From IMG/VR virus record IMGVR_UViG_3300027806_000001, positions 64,001-128,000 of that record: 64,000 nucleotides of DNA; one strand, given 5' to 3'. Each line of letters opens with the position of its first letter. Positions within the stretch are counted from its first letter, which is position 1. The notes below the pieces were generated by a model. The model searched no databases. It was not told the DNA's origin and was given only the letters and a program-made list of their open reading frames with translations. This DNA comes from a virus. The translations under genes and the position numbers were made by a program. Positions 18,828 through 27,782 of the stretch are shown in pieces.

Positions 18828-18889
18828 AAAGCCCCCTTTCAACGGTGCAGGGAGGTCCTCCGCCTGATGGCGCGGAGGACCTCCCTGCT

Positions 18890-18918
18890 ATTCTCACACG
18901 CGCGCCCCCGCTGTTTAG
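18890..18918 (-). promoter_or_regulatory. CTAAAC-N17-GAGAAT promoter followed by a 17-bp hairpin (18846-18888)
   Basis: 17-nt spacer; -35 includes helicase stop codon. Confidence 0.7.
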
Positions 18919-20864
18919 CGGGTGGATTGCGGGGCCCAGACGCCCACGCAGTTCTCCGCGATCCACGTGAACAGCTCGGCCTTGAGGTCGGACTGGCTGC
19001 TCATGAGCCTGCGGAGCTCCTCCCACTGCGCCTGGGCGATCTCGTCGGTGCCGTAGAGGATCGACCCCGAGGCCAGCTCCTCGTCGAGGATCCGGAGCTT
19101 GTCGAAGTCGCCGCGGATGAACGAGACGTCGATGCCCATCTCCCTGAGCCTGGGGCTGATCATGCGCGCGGCCCGGACGGCGTAACCGTCGCGGATGTCC
19201 TCGAGCTTGTACTCCTCGCCCAGGAGCTCCTGGTCGACGCCTTGCTCCTCCAGGACGGACGAGACGATCGCCTGCAGCTGCTCCAGCCGGGTCTGGCCCG
19301 AGGCCGGATCCAGGGGCACGGCCAGCGCCTCGACCAGGGACGCGTGGATCGCCTGATGCACGGCCGGGCCAAGCACCTGGTCGAGCGGCACGGCCTTGCC
19401 CTCCGCCTCCGGCTGCTTGCCCTTGCGGGAGCTCTTGCCGGTGGCCTTGGGGAACGCCGTGACCAGGATGGGATCGGCCATGTCGTTGATCTGCATCAGG
19501 ATCAGCAGGCAGTTCGTCCTGTCGGTCAGGAACTCCCGCTTGTCCAGCTCCTGGCCCTCCACGGGGTCGGGCAGCATGGGCACGTAGTAGTCGACCTTGA
19601 CGCTATTCTTCAAGGATATGTTGTCCGCGGTTACGAACTTGCGGAATGCACGGCCGATCGTCTGCACGGCTAGGGACGAGCTGCCCTCGGGCGACGTGTG
19701 GTGAATGCGGGAGCAGGGGCACCAGTCGGTGCCCTCGCGGCCCAGCATGCACGTGACCACGACGTCGAACTTGGAATCGCCGTCCTCGGGCTTCTTGGGC
19801 TCCTGCAGCAGCAGGGCCTTGTGAGCGTCCTGGGTGGCCCGGGTGACCAGGTCCAGGATCCGGACGCCGGGCCAGGCCGCCCGGATGTCGTCCATGAGGG
19901 CGCGGATCTGGCCGGTCTCGTCCTGGCCCTTGCCGGCCTTGTCCTCGGTGCGCCACTTCTGGCCGATCGACGGAACGATGACCAGGTGCTTCTGGTCCTG
20001 CTCGCTGGCGATCGCCTGGACGACGTCGACCAGCGGGCCCTGCTCGTGCTCGTACTCGAGGAACTGCACCCGGAAGTCCGCGATCTTCAGAGTCTTCCAG
20101 TGGTCGATCCAGTCGCGCCAGTAGGTCGTGAAGCGGCCCTTGATGGAGTCGTCCAGGATCGCCGTCTGGTCGCCGCGGAACGGCGTGGCGGTCGTCAGCT
20201 GCAGCCGGGCCGAGTCCGCGGCCGGACGGCTAAGGACGAAGTTGCAGATCTTGCCCAGCTTGACCGACTCCTCCGTGCCCTCCTTTTCCGTGACGCCGTT
20301 GACGTGGTGCGCCTCGTCGATGCGGATCGTCAGGTTGCGCACCGCCTGGGCGCGCTCCGTGGCGTCCAGCTCCGACCAGAGGCGGGCCAGGGCGGCGTGG
20401 GAGGTGACCGCCGAGACCAGGCCCGAGCCGTCGGACTGGCGGAGGAGCCAGCGCTTCAGGTCGGCCATGATGGTCGGCGAGGAGGTGTTGCAGAAGTCGT
20501 GGCGGATGGCCCAGGTGAGGGTCTCCCACGTGGTGCGGATCTGGACCTCGGCGCCGTCGTCCCACTTGCTGAAGCCGCCGGAGATGTGGCTCTGCGGCAC
20601 GACGATGAGCTGCCGCTGGCGGAACCTCGTGTGCTCGGCCTCGTAGGCCGCGAGGGCGCACTGCAGGGTGGACTTGCCCGCGCCGCAGGGGGCGACGAGG
20701 AAGCTGTGCTCCGCGAGGTGCAGCTTGAGGAAGGCGTCGGGCTGCCAGTCCCGGAGCTCGCGGACGCCGGAGACGGCCTTGGGCTCGAGGACGATGGTGC
20801 TCCAGGTCGGGTTGGTGCCCGAGGTCGAGAGACGTGAGTTGCTGCGTGTCTTGGTCTTGTTCAT
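18915..20864 (-). CDS. Superfamily 2 (DEAH-box) helicase/ATPase
   Basis: APCGAGKS (I), IDEAHH (II), TATP (III), REGTD (V), QTIGRAFR (VI). Confidence 0.9.
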   Translation of the reverse strand: MNKTKTRSNSRLSTSGTNPTWSTIVLEPKAVSGVRELRDWQPDAFLKLHLAEHSFLVAPCGAGKSTLQCALAAYEAEHTRFRQRQLIVVPQSHISGGFSKWDDGAEVQIRTTWETLTWAIRHDFCNTSSPTIMADLKRWLLRQSDGSGLVSAVTSHAALARLWSELDATERAQAVRNLTIRIDEAHHVNGVTEKEGTEESVKLGKICNFVLSRPAADSARLQLTTATPFRGDQTAILDDSIKGRFTTYWRDWIDHWKTLKIADFRVQFLEYEHEQGPLVDVVQAIASEQDQKHLVIVPSIGQKWRTEDKAGKGQDETGQIRALMDDIRAAWPGVRILDLVTRATQDAHKALLLQEPKKPEDGDSKFDVVVTCMLGREGTDWCPCSRIHHTSPEGSSSLAVQTIGRAFRKFVTADNISLKNSVKVDYYVPMLPDPVEGQELDKREFLTDRTNCLLILMQINDMADPILVTAFPKATGKSSRKGKQPEAEGKAVPLDQVLGPAVHQAIHASLVEALAVPLDPASGQTRLEQLQAIVSSVLEEQGVDQELLGEEYKLEDIRDGYAVRAARMISPRLREMGIDVSFIRGDFDKLRILDEELASGSILYGTDEIAQAQWEELRRLMSSQSDLKAELFTWIAENCVGVWAPQSTR

Positions 20865-21736
20865 GGTTTCTTCGCTTTCTTGTTGGTTGTGCGTGAGTTT
20901 CTTAGCTGTGTGGAACGAGTGAACCAGTCCGGCCTCAAGGACCGGAGCTCCTGGTCGAACACCGGGTCGTAACTGTCGGACTTGGAGTTGGTGTAATCGC
21001 AGAGAGGATGGCCCAGCGGGTGCTTTTTCGCATTAGGCCTAGACTCCTCCCTCAGGGCCATGGCCTTGAGCTCGGCCTTGTTTAGTGCGGCAGTGTCCAG
21101 GAACCAATCGGGCCTGAGGGCCCGGATCTCCTGATCGAAGGAAGGGTCGTAGTTGTTGGACTTGGGGTTGGTGTAACGGCAGAGCGCTCCGCCCATCGGA
21201 TGCTTTTTCTGATTAGGCCTAGACTCCTCCCTCAGGGCCATGGCCTTGAGCTCGGCCTTGTTTAGTGCGGCAGTGTCCAGGAACCAATCGGGCCTGAGGG
21301 CCCGGATCTCCTGATCAAAAACCTGGTCGTAGCAAGCCCGAGAGGGGTGAGTGTACTCGCAGAGAGGATGGCCCAGTGGGTGCTTTTTCTTGCCGTTTTT
21401 TGAAGGCCTTGGATCGCCCCGCAGAGCCATGGCCTTGAGTTCGGCCTTTTTGCTTGTTGAGTCCTTGTCGCCCCACCACTGTGGTGCAACCGCCCTCAAC
21501 CTGGCCTCGAACTCAGGTTTATAGCTCGAGCTGCTTGGGTTCTTGTAGTTGTGCAGCGCACTCTTCAGCTGCTGCACCTTGAACCCCGTGGCCTCCGCCA
21601 CGGCCTCCCACAGCTTCCTGCTGTTGCCCTCGCCCCACTGCACCTCCGGCAGCTGCTCCGGGGCGATGCCGAGCTTCCCGCAGATGGCCTCGGTGACGGC
21701 CTTAATCTTCTCCCCTGTCAGGTGCCTGAGGTGCAT
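20861..21736 (-). CDS. Repeat protein, 3 full ~60-aa HA-like repeats
   Basis: KAELKAMALR..RP..KHPLG..L..YT......YD..FDQEIRALRPDWF. Confidence 0.75.
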   Translation of the reverse strand: MHLRHLTGEKIKAVTEAICGKLGIAPEQLPEVQWGEGNSRKLWEAVAEATGFKVQQLKSALHNYKNPSSSSYKPEFEARLRAVAPQWWGDKDSTSKKAELKAMALRGDPRPSKNGKKKHPLGHPLCEYTHPSRACYDQVFDQEIRALRPDWFLDTAALNKAELKAMALREESRPNQKKHPMGGALCRYTNPKSNNYDPSFDQEIRALRPDWFLDTAALNKAELKAMALREESRPNAKKHPLGHPLCDYTNSKSDSYDPVFDQELRSLRPDWFTRSTQLRNSRTTNKKAKKP

Positions 21737-22440
21737 GCCTGCTCCTTCTTCTTCTTGGCGCGTGTTTTCCTGCGCTTGTCGGATCGTGTGAACCAGTCCG
21801 GCCTTAGGGCCCGGATCTCCTGGTAGAACACGGGGTCGTAGGACTTGGAACTGGGGTCGGTGTAGTTGCTGAGCACCCTGCCCAGGGGGTGCTTGTTCTT
21901 GCCTTTGGACACTGGCCTCGGCTCTCCCCTCAGGGCCATGGCCAGGAGCTCGGCCTTCTTAATGTCGGCTTTCTCAGATTGCGAGACAAACCAGTCCGGC
22001 CTCAAGGCCCGGATTTCCTGGTCGAACACCGGGTCGTAGGACCTGGACGAGCGGATGGTGTAGAGGACGAGCGCGTGCCCCAACGGGTGCTTGTCTCCAG
22101 CAGGCCTCGGCTCTCCCCGCAGGGCCATGGCCAGGAGCTCGGCCTTCTTGCCCTCCGGGTCGGCACTGCTCCACCACTGCGGCGCAACCACCTTCCACCT
22201 GGCGGCGAGCGCAGGCCTATAGGAGCAGTGGCTAGGGGTCTTGTAGCTACTCAACGCAGTGCTCAGCTGCTTTTCCGGGAATCCCACGACCTCATGGGCG
22301 ACGCTCCAGACGACCTTGGACCTGTCACGGTTCCAGTCGACCTTCCCTCCCTGGAGATCCTCCACGGTCACCCCCAGCCTGGAGCACATGAGCTCCAGCA
22401 TCCGGCTCTTTATTCCCTCCGTCAGACTGTTCCTAGGCAT
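21718..22440 (-). CDS. Repeat protein, 2 full ~60-aa HA-like repeats
   Basis: Start MPRNSLTEG after RBS aaggagcagg; same repeat. Confidence 0.75.
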   Translation of the reverse strand: MPRNSLTEGIKSRMLELMCSRLGVTVEDLQGGKVDWNRDRSKVVWSVAHEVVGFPEKQLSTALSSYKTPSHCSYRPALAARWKVVAPQWWSSADPEGKKAELLAMALRGEPRPAGDKHPLGHALVLYTIRSSRSYDPVFDQEIRALRPDWFVSQSEKADIKKAELLAMALRGEPRPVSKGKNKHPLGRVLSNYTDPSSKSYDPVFYQEIRALRPDWFTRSDKRRKTRAKKKKEQACTSGT

Positions 22441-23504
22441 GCCTGCTCCTTCTTCTTGGCTGCGCGCGAGTTTTTGAGCTTGTCGGATCGCGTGAACCAC
22501 TGCGGGGCCAGGGCCCGGATCTCCTGATCGAACACAGGGTCGTAGCACTTGGAACCGGAGTTGGTGTAGTTGTAAAGCGCCCTGCCCAGCGGATGCTTGC
22601 CTGCAACAGGCTTGGGCTCACCCCGCAGGGCCATGGCCAGGAGTTCGGCCTTGTTCAGGTTAGCTTTCTCAGATTGCGAGACAAACCAGTCCGGCCTGAG
22701 GGCCCGGATCTCCTGGTCGAACACGGGGTCGTAAGAATCGGACGAGGGGTTGGTGTAGTCGCAGAGCACCGCACCCAGCGGGTGCTTGCCTGCAACAGGC
22801 TTGGGCTCACCCCGCAGGGCCATGGCCTTGATCTCAGCCTTCTTCAGGTCGGCTTTGTCAGATTTTGAGACAAACCAGCTTGGAGCCAGGGCCCGGATCT
22901 CCTGGTCGAACACGGGGTCGTAAGAATCGGACGAGGGGTTGGTGTAGTTCTTGAGCACCGCACCCAGCGGGTGCTTGCCTGCAACAGGCTTGGGCTCACC
23001 CCGCAGGGCCATGGCCTTGAGTTCAAGCTTGTTCTGAGCCGCGGTATCGACGAACCAGTCCGGTCTGGCGGCGCGAATCTCTTTGTCGAACACCGGGTCG
23101 TAGGAGTTGGACGAGAGGTTGGTGTACATGCAGAGCACCGCACCCAGCGGGTGCTTCTTATTTGGCCTCGGCTCGCCCCTCAGGGCCATGGCCAGGAGCT
23201 CGGCCTTCCTACCCTCCGGGTCGGCCGTGCTAAACCACTGCGGCGCAACCACCCTCAACCTGGCCTCGAACTTAGGTCGATATGTGTCCCTGTTGCTCGG
23301 ATTCTTGTAGTTGTGCAGCGCATTCTTCAGCTGCCCCTCCGAGAATCCCACCACCTCATGGGCCACGCTCCACACGGCCTTGGACTTGTCCCGGTTCCAG
23401 TCGACCTTCCCTCCGCGGAGATCCTCCACGGTCACTCCCAGCCTGGAGCACATGAGCTCCAGCATCCGCTGCTTCATGCCCTCCGTCAGGTTGTTCCTGT
23501 TCAT
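22422..23504 (-). CDS. Repeat protein, 4 full ~60-aa HA-like repeats
   Basis: Same repeat; N-terminal domain paralogous to the two downstream genes. Confidence 0.78.
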   Translation of the reverse strand: MNRNNLTEGMKQRMLELMCSRLGVTVEDLRGGKVDWNRDKSKAVWSVAHEVVGFSEGQLKNALHNYKNPSNRDTYRPKFEARLRVVAPQWFSTADPEGRKAELLAMALRGEPRPNKKHPLGAVLCMYTNLSSNSYDPVFDKEIRAARPDWFVDTAAQNKLELKAMALRGEPKPVAGKHPLGAVLKNYTNPSSDSYDPVFDQEIRALAPSWFVSKSDKADLKKAEIKAMALRGEPKPVAGKHPLGAVLCDYTNPSSDSYDPVFDQEIRALRPDWFVSQSEKANLNKAELLAMALRGEPKPVAGKHPLGRALYNYTNSGSKCYDPVFDQEIRALAPQWFTRSDKLKNSRAAKKKEQACLGTV

Positions 23505-24120
23505 TCTTCTTTCCTTTCTTCAGAATGTACGTCGTCATGGTCAGCTTGGACCCTGAGTTCAGATAGGTAAAACACTCGATCGCGCCCCGGAGGCCCCACT
23601 GAGAGCACTCCCGTTCCGAAAGGTGCGAGTCGATGCGGTTCAGCATGTCCAGGGTCTTCCTGCTGCGCGGGTCCCTGGTGATGGCGTTCACGAACACCGG
23701 CACCCCGTCGGGCACCCTCGTCATCGTCGCCCGGACCAGCCGGGCCAGCTCTGGGCTGCCCGAGTGGCACATCGTGTCCAGGTTGACCACCGCCGGCCTG
23801 AACTCCCCGGCCAGCACCGCGGCGTTCAGCACGTCCTCCCAGTCGCCCTCGTGCCAGTGCGCCGAGGGATGGACCCGGAGGTTGGCCCGGACGACCTTGG
23901 CGTTCCGGTCGACCCCGTGGAACTGCTCCGGCTTCAGGAAGCCTGCCCTCGAGAGCTGCCCGAGCTCGGACCTGGGCGACGCGTCCTGGACGCTGCACAG
24001 GGTCCAGTACTGCAGGTCCCGGGGAACCGAGGGTCCGCCCAGGATCCGCCTCGCCCGCTGCACCAGCTCCACCCGGGACAGGACCTTCTGGTCCGCCGAC
24101 TTGCCGCCGAACTCCGTCAT
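23356..24120 (-). CDS. SAM-dependent methyltransferase-like (Rossmann-fold) protein
   Basis: FHGVD, WHEGDW, VVNLD in strand-2/3/4 spacing; Gly-rich motif I not evident. Confidence 0.45.
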   Translation of the reverse strand: MTEFGGKSADQKVLSRVELVQRARRILGGPSVPRDLQYWTLCSVQDASPRSELGQLSRAGFLKPEQFHGVDRNAKVVRANLRVHPSAHWHEGDWEDVLNAAVLAGEFRPAVVNLDTMCHSGSPELARLVRATMTRVPDGVPVFVNAITRDPRSRKTLDMLNRIDSHLSERECSQWGLRGAIECFTYLNSGSKLTMTTYILKKGKKNEQEQPDGGHEAADAGAHVLQAGSDRGGSPRREGRLEPGQVQGRVERGP

Positions 24121-24136
24121 GATGTTCCTCCTGGAA

Positions 24137-24174
24137 CGCCCGTGGTAGGACTCGAACCTGCAACTTGAGGTATA
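24137..24174 (-). pseudogene. Orphan tRNA 3' half (T arm and acceptor strand)
   Basis: gcagg-TTCGAGT-cctac-cacgggc-g; no matching 5' half. Confidence 0.55.
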
Positions 24175-24213
24175 CTAGGTGTGACTCTAAACCTTTAAGT
24201 ATCGGATCTATAC

Positions 24214-24747
24214 ATGCGCCTGTGCCAAAAGTGCAACTCCTGCATACCGAGCCGAGCTCTCGTGAACGGAGTGGTGAAGGGCCTGAACACCAGGAAGTTC
24301 TGCTTATCCTGCTCTCCTTTTGGCGGCCGCAACAATCGCAATCTTTGCATTCCGAAAGACAAAAACGGGCTGCCCGAGAAGAAGACATGCGCCATGTGCG
24401 GCTTCGTCAAGCCCAGTTCTAATTTCTATAAAAGACGAAACAGGTCAACTCTCCTGTCTTACTGCAAAAGTTGCGTGGCGGCGCAGTCCAAGAGCCGCTC
24501 AGTCAAGCTAAAAGCCGATTGTGTCAAACACAAAGGCGGAAAATGCTCTCTGTGCGGATACTCCAAGTGCCTTGCTGCCTTGGAGTTTCATCACATAGAT
24601 CGGAGTAAAAAGCAATTTGGCGTAGGTGGAAAAAGGTCCACGACTTTCGAGAACCTCAAGGAGGAACTGGAAAAGTGCGTTTTGCTGTGCGCCAACTGCC
24701 ACAGGGAGGTGGAATACGGAACTTCTGCAATTCCGGACTCCGTCTAA
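24214..24747 (+). CDS. HNH homing endonuclease with Zn-finger N-terminus
   Basis: CxxC pairs, LEFHHID, CVLLCANCHREV; AT-richer than flanks; one of only two credible plus-strand genes. Confidence 0.88.
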   Translation: MRLCQKCNSCIPSRALVNGVVKGLNTRKFCLSCSPFGGRNNRNLCIPKDKNGLPEKKTCAMCGFVKPSSNFYKRRNRSTLLSYCKSCVAAQSKSRSVKLKADCVKHKGGKCSLCGYSKCLAALEFHHIDRSKKQFGVGGKRSTTFENLKEELEKCVLLCANCHREVEYGTSAIPDSV

Positions 24748-24748
24748 G

Positions 24749-24822
24749 CGTCCGCACCAGGACTTGAACCTGGAACCGCCTCGTTAGGACCGAGATGCGC
24801 TATCCAATTGCGCCATGCGGAC
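24749..24822 (-). tRNA. trnR: tRNA-Arg(CCT), CCA not encoded
   Basis: GTCCGCA/TGCGGAC acceptor, GCGC D stem, TCTCG-GTCCTAA-CGAGG anticodon arm, CCAGG-TTCAAGT-CCTGG T arm. Confidence 0.92.
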
Positions 24823-24859
24823 AACAAGCTTTCATTCTATCCAGCTGAGCTAAGAGGGC
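24823..24859 (-). pseudogene. Orphan tRNA 5' half
   Basis: GCCCTCT-TA-GCTCAGCTGGATAGAAT abutting tRNA-Arg. Confidence 0.5.
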
Positions 24860-24951
24860 AAAACCCCTGGCGGCCCGGATGAAGCCGCCAGAGGCAGAAA
24901 AGAAAAGCGCGCCCGCATGCAACCTTGACGGCTACGCGCGGTGCGCACTTT

Positions 24952-24980
24952 ATTCTAACCTGCGAGGTGGGGTTGTTTAG
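24952..24980 (-). promoter_or_regulatory. CTAAAC-N17-TAGAAT promoter for tRNA locus
   Basis: 17-nt spacer. Confidence 0.7.
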
Positions 24981-25687
24981 CCCTTCTTCTTGTTCTTCTT
25001 TTTGCCCTTGGACTGCGCCCTGGCCAGCTCGGCCGCCTGCACCTTGTCATAGGCGCGGGTTCCGTAGTAGCCCAGCGGAAGTCCGGCGGCGATCAACCCT
25101 CCGGCGATGTCTCCGCCCACGGCGGCAAAGGGCTTGAAGCCGTATTCGCTGGCCTCCTCGGGATCGATCCGACCCTTCATGGCCTCGATGGCCTTGGCCC
25201 GGCCGAGGTCGTGGGATCCGCCCAAAAAGAACAAAGACGAACTGGGCTCGAAGGCCTGCGGCTTCTTGGATCGAGCCTTGTCGAACTTCGCGGCGATGTC
25301 GTGCATCTTGTTGCGACGGATGGCCGACGCGATGAGATGGCCCAGGAACGCGCCGGCGACGCCTCCCCCGATCGCTCCCAGGCCCTGGACGTCGGGATCG
25401 CCGCTTGCCAGGTTGCCTATGCCATAGCCGGCCCCTGCGCCGAGGGCTATTCCCGGCAAGGTCATCAGGGCTCCGCTGGTCAGCGGGTTCTTGACGAAGA
25501 AGCCTGGATCCTCGCCGATGGCCTCGGCCATGGCGGTGGCCCGGCCTGGCCTGGACTCGAAGGCCGTGTTCCAGCCGGCAGGCCCCCAGTAGTCGCTGAA
25601 CAGACCTCCGCCCGAATCCATGTCGAGCAGTTCCTTGGCCTTGAGGGCCTGCTTGTAGCCAGGGAGATGGTGGAAGTAGTATGACAT
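24977..25687 (-). CDS. Putative virion internal protein (YxHH...KxA, Gly zipper)
   Basis: MSYYFHHLPGYKQA; GIALGAGAGYGIG and GGGVAGAFLG segments. Confidence 0.6.
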   Translation of the reverse strand: MSYYFHHLPGYKQALKAKELLDMDSGGGLFSDYWGPAGWNTAFESRPGRATAMAEAIGEDPGFFVKNPLTSGALMTLPGIALGAGAGYGIGNLASGDPDVQGLGAIGGGVAGAFLGHLIASAIRRNKMHDIAAKFDKARSKKPQAFEPSSSLFFLGGSHDLGRAKAIEAMKGRIDPEEASEYGFKPFAAVGGDIAGGLIAAGLPLGYYGTRAYDKVQAAELARAQSKGKKKNKKKG

Positions 25688-25690
25688 GGT

Positions 25691-26182
25691 TTAGCCCTTG
25701 ACCTGAGCCTTGCTCTTCTGCTTCTTCTTACCTATCGAGTCGATGAGCTTGTCCGCGAGGAGGTAGCCGCCGAGGCCGCCTGCGCCTGCACCGAGGAGAC
25801 CTCCTCCGCCCAGCCCAAGGAGGGCGGAGCCGCCGGCGCCTGCCGCTTCGTCCATGTTGTGCCTCATCATGGCATCGGCTTCTTCGGCGGACCGAGCCTG
25901 CGTGGGGTCGACGCCGTCGAATCCATGGGCCTTGACTCCGGTGTACGCGCCAAGGCTTGCGCCCGTCAGGCCGCCCAGGATCATGCCCAGGTCCGCGCCC
26001 ATGCCCTTGCCTGCGCCGCGGAGGATCTCCCTGAAGATCGGCTCGTCGTCGTCCGCCGCGGCTCCGTGGATGAGCGCGCTGACGGTGGTGCCGATGAGGG
26101 CCTGCTTGCTGCGGGTCTGCTCGCCGTAGAGGCGCTCGAGGTTGGCTGCGATCTTGATCATGGGTGTTCCGGGATAGGTCAC
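25691..26182 (-). CDS. Putative virion protein, Gly zipper
   Basis: KIAA, KQA; GLGGGGLLGAGAGGLGGYL. Confidence 0.6.
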   Translation of the reverse strand: MTYPGTPMIKIAANLERLYGEQTRSKQALIGTTVSALIHGAAADDDEPIFREILRGAGKGMGADLGMILGGLTGASLGAYTGVKAHGFDGVDPTQARSAEEADAMMRHNMDEAAGAGGSALLGLGGGGLLGAGAGGLGGYLLADKLIDSIGKKKQKSKAQVKG

Positions 26183-26628
26183 CGCTGGAGCGGCATGTTT
26201 TGAATTCCTCGGGCATCGGCGAGCGACTGAGCGCCCGGCCGGAGGTTGGCTCCAAGGAGCTCAGCCTCGACCAGGCCCCTAGCCGCCTGATTCATCTCGG
26301 GAGTGTTGGGGTTGCGAGGATCATTCATGAGGGTGTCCACCAGGCCGAGCAGCGCCTGGCGCTTCCTGTCGGCTCCGGTCATCTGGCCGTAGGCTGCGCC
26401 GAGGCCGGCGCCCGCCAGGCCTCCGATGCCTCCGCCGACCATGGCGTCGTTGAGCCTGTAGTCGGTTCCGACGATGCCGGTCGCCTGTCGTCCCAGAGGA
26501 AGCAGCGCTGAATTCATGGAGTTGATTTCGTTTGCGGCAGCCTGATTAGCGGCCCGCCCGGCCTGGGCGATCTGATCCTGGATGCCTGCGCGCTTGGTGC
26601 GGGGAAGGGGGTGGGAGTAGTAGGCCAT
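26179..26628 (-). CDS. Putative virion protein (YxH...KxA, Gly zipper)
   Basis: MAYYSHPLPRTKRA; GGGIGGLAGAGLGAAYG. Confidence 0.6.
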   Translation of the reverse strand: MAYYSHPLPRTKRAGIQDQIAQAGRAANQAAANEINSMNSALLPLGRQATGIVGTDYRLNDAMVGGGIGGLAGAGLGAAYGQMTGADRKRQALLGLVDTLMNDPRNPNTPEMNQAARGLVEAELLGANLRPGAQSLADARGIQNMPLQR

Positions 26629-26636
26629 GGGTGTCC

Positions 26637-27269
26637 TCAGCTGAAGCGTTCGTAGCGTCGGATTATATCGGCAAATCGCTTATCGCTCTTTGCGCGGTTC
26701 CTGGCGATGGCATGGCCCGCGAGGCCGCCCAGCAGGGCGCCCAAGGTGCCCGCGCCTCCGGCCTCGAGCACCGGGGTCAGCGTCGGGCCGAACTTGTCGT
26801 GGCCCGCGGCGTAGGCGCCGGCGCCCGTGCCCAGGGCGGCCAGCAGGCCCGAGACGACGGCCCACCTGGTGGAGGTGCCGCTGATGTCGTCCAGCAGCTC
26901 GCGCTCCCTGGGGGTGAAGGACTCCTCGGCCTCCTCGAGGCGTCCCTTTTCCTTGGAGTAGAGATGGGTCTGGCCCATGAGCTTGCCGATGGCCAGGCCG
27001 GCCAGGGCGCCCGGCAGGCCTCCCCCGAGGTAGTACCCGGCTGCCGCGCCCGGCACCGCGTAGGCGCCCTGGTAGAGGGCCGTGTCGCCGAGCTCGAGCA
27101 GGCGCTCCTTGTTCATCAGCGACGGGCCGAAGTACTGCTGCTTCAGGTCCTCGTAGCCCCGCAGCGGGGTCTGTCCGCGATCGGCCTTGCCGACGGTGAC
27201 CCGCTCGACCGCGGTGCCGGGCAGCGAGGCGACGTCCTGGATGTTGCGCAGGTAGGGATCGGCCGGCAT
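26637..27269 (-). CDS. Putative virion protein, three Gly-zipper segments
   Basis: GAAAGYYLGGG, GLLAALGTGAG, GTLGALLGGLAG. Confidence 0.6.
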   Translation of the reverse strand: MPADPYLRNIQDVASLPGTAVERVTVGKADRGQTPLRGYEDLKQQYFGPSLMNKERLLELGDTALYQGAYAVPGAAAGYYLGGGLPGALAGLAIGKLMGQTHLYSKEKGRLEEAEESFTPRERELLDDISGTSTRWAVVSGLLAALGTGAGAYAAGHDKFGPTLTPVLEAGGAGTLGALLGGLAGHAIARNRAKSDKRFADIIRRYERFS

Positions 27270-27272
27270 TCG

Positions 27273-27782
27273 TCACCTCTTCAACTGGCCGTACAACTCG
27301 AACGGATCGACCACGCCGCGCATCGGATTTCGCTCGCTGTTCCACCGGTTGTAGGCATCGACGGCCATGGTCGGCCCCTGGCGCCGCGCGATGGAGGAGG
27401 CGCTGTCCGAGATGCTCTGGCCCAGGTGGCCGGCCTGAGCAGACTGCTTCCCAAGGCCTGACAGCGAGTGGCCGTAGGGCTGGTTGCTCAGGTAGAAGGG
27501 GGCCTGGGAGACAGGCGGAGGAACGGCTGCGGCAGGCAGGTCGGCCGGCGCAGGAGGTCCCACGAAGTCAGGATGGCCGTAGGAGATCACAGGACTGGCG
27601 GCCGGATGACGCAGGGAGTCGCGGGCTGGATTGTACGCGACCGGCTTGTTGAACTTGGTGAGGTTCTTCGCGGCCATGAACGGAGAGCTTCTGGTGGTCC
27701 GGCTGACCGCCTCGAGGAATTTGGCCACGCCGTCGGCCGGGCCTGCCGAGGACTTCACATGGTGGGAGTAGGGTCGGGTCAT
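27273..27782 (-). CDS. Putative virion protein (YxHH...KxxA)
   Basis: MTRPYSHHVKSSA; coupled to RNAP stop. Confidence 0.55.
   Translation of the reverse strand: MTRPYSHHVKSSAGPADGVAKFLEAVSRTTRSSPFMAAKNLTKFNKPVAYNPARDSLRHPAASPVISYGHPDFVGPPAPADLPAAAVPPPVSQAPFYLSNQPYGHSLSGLGKQSAQAGHLGQSISDSASSIARRQGPTMAVDAYNRWNSERNPMRGVVDPFELYGQLKR

Noticed and set aside
24137-24859. Single split or trans-spliced tRNA from the two halves
   Set aside because: Acceptor strands GCCCTCT and CACGGGC, and the anticodon stems, do not pair
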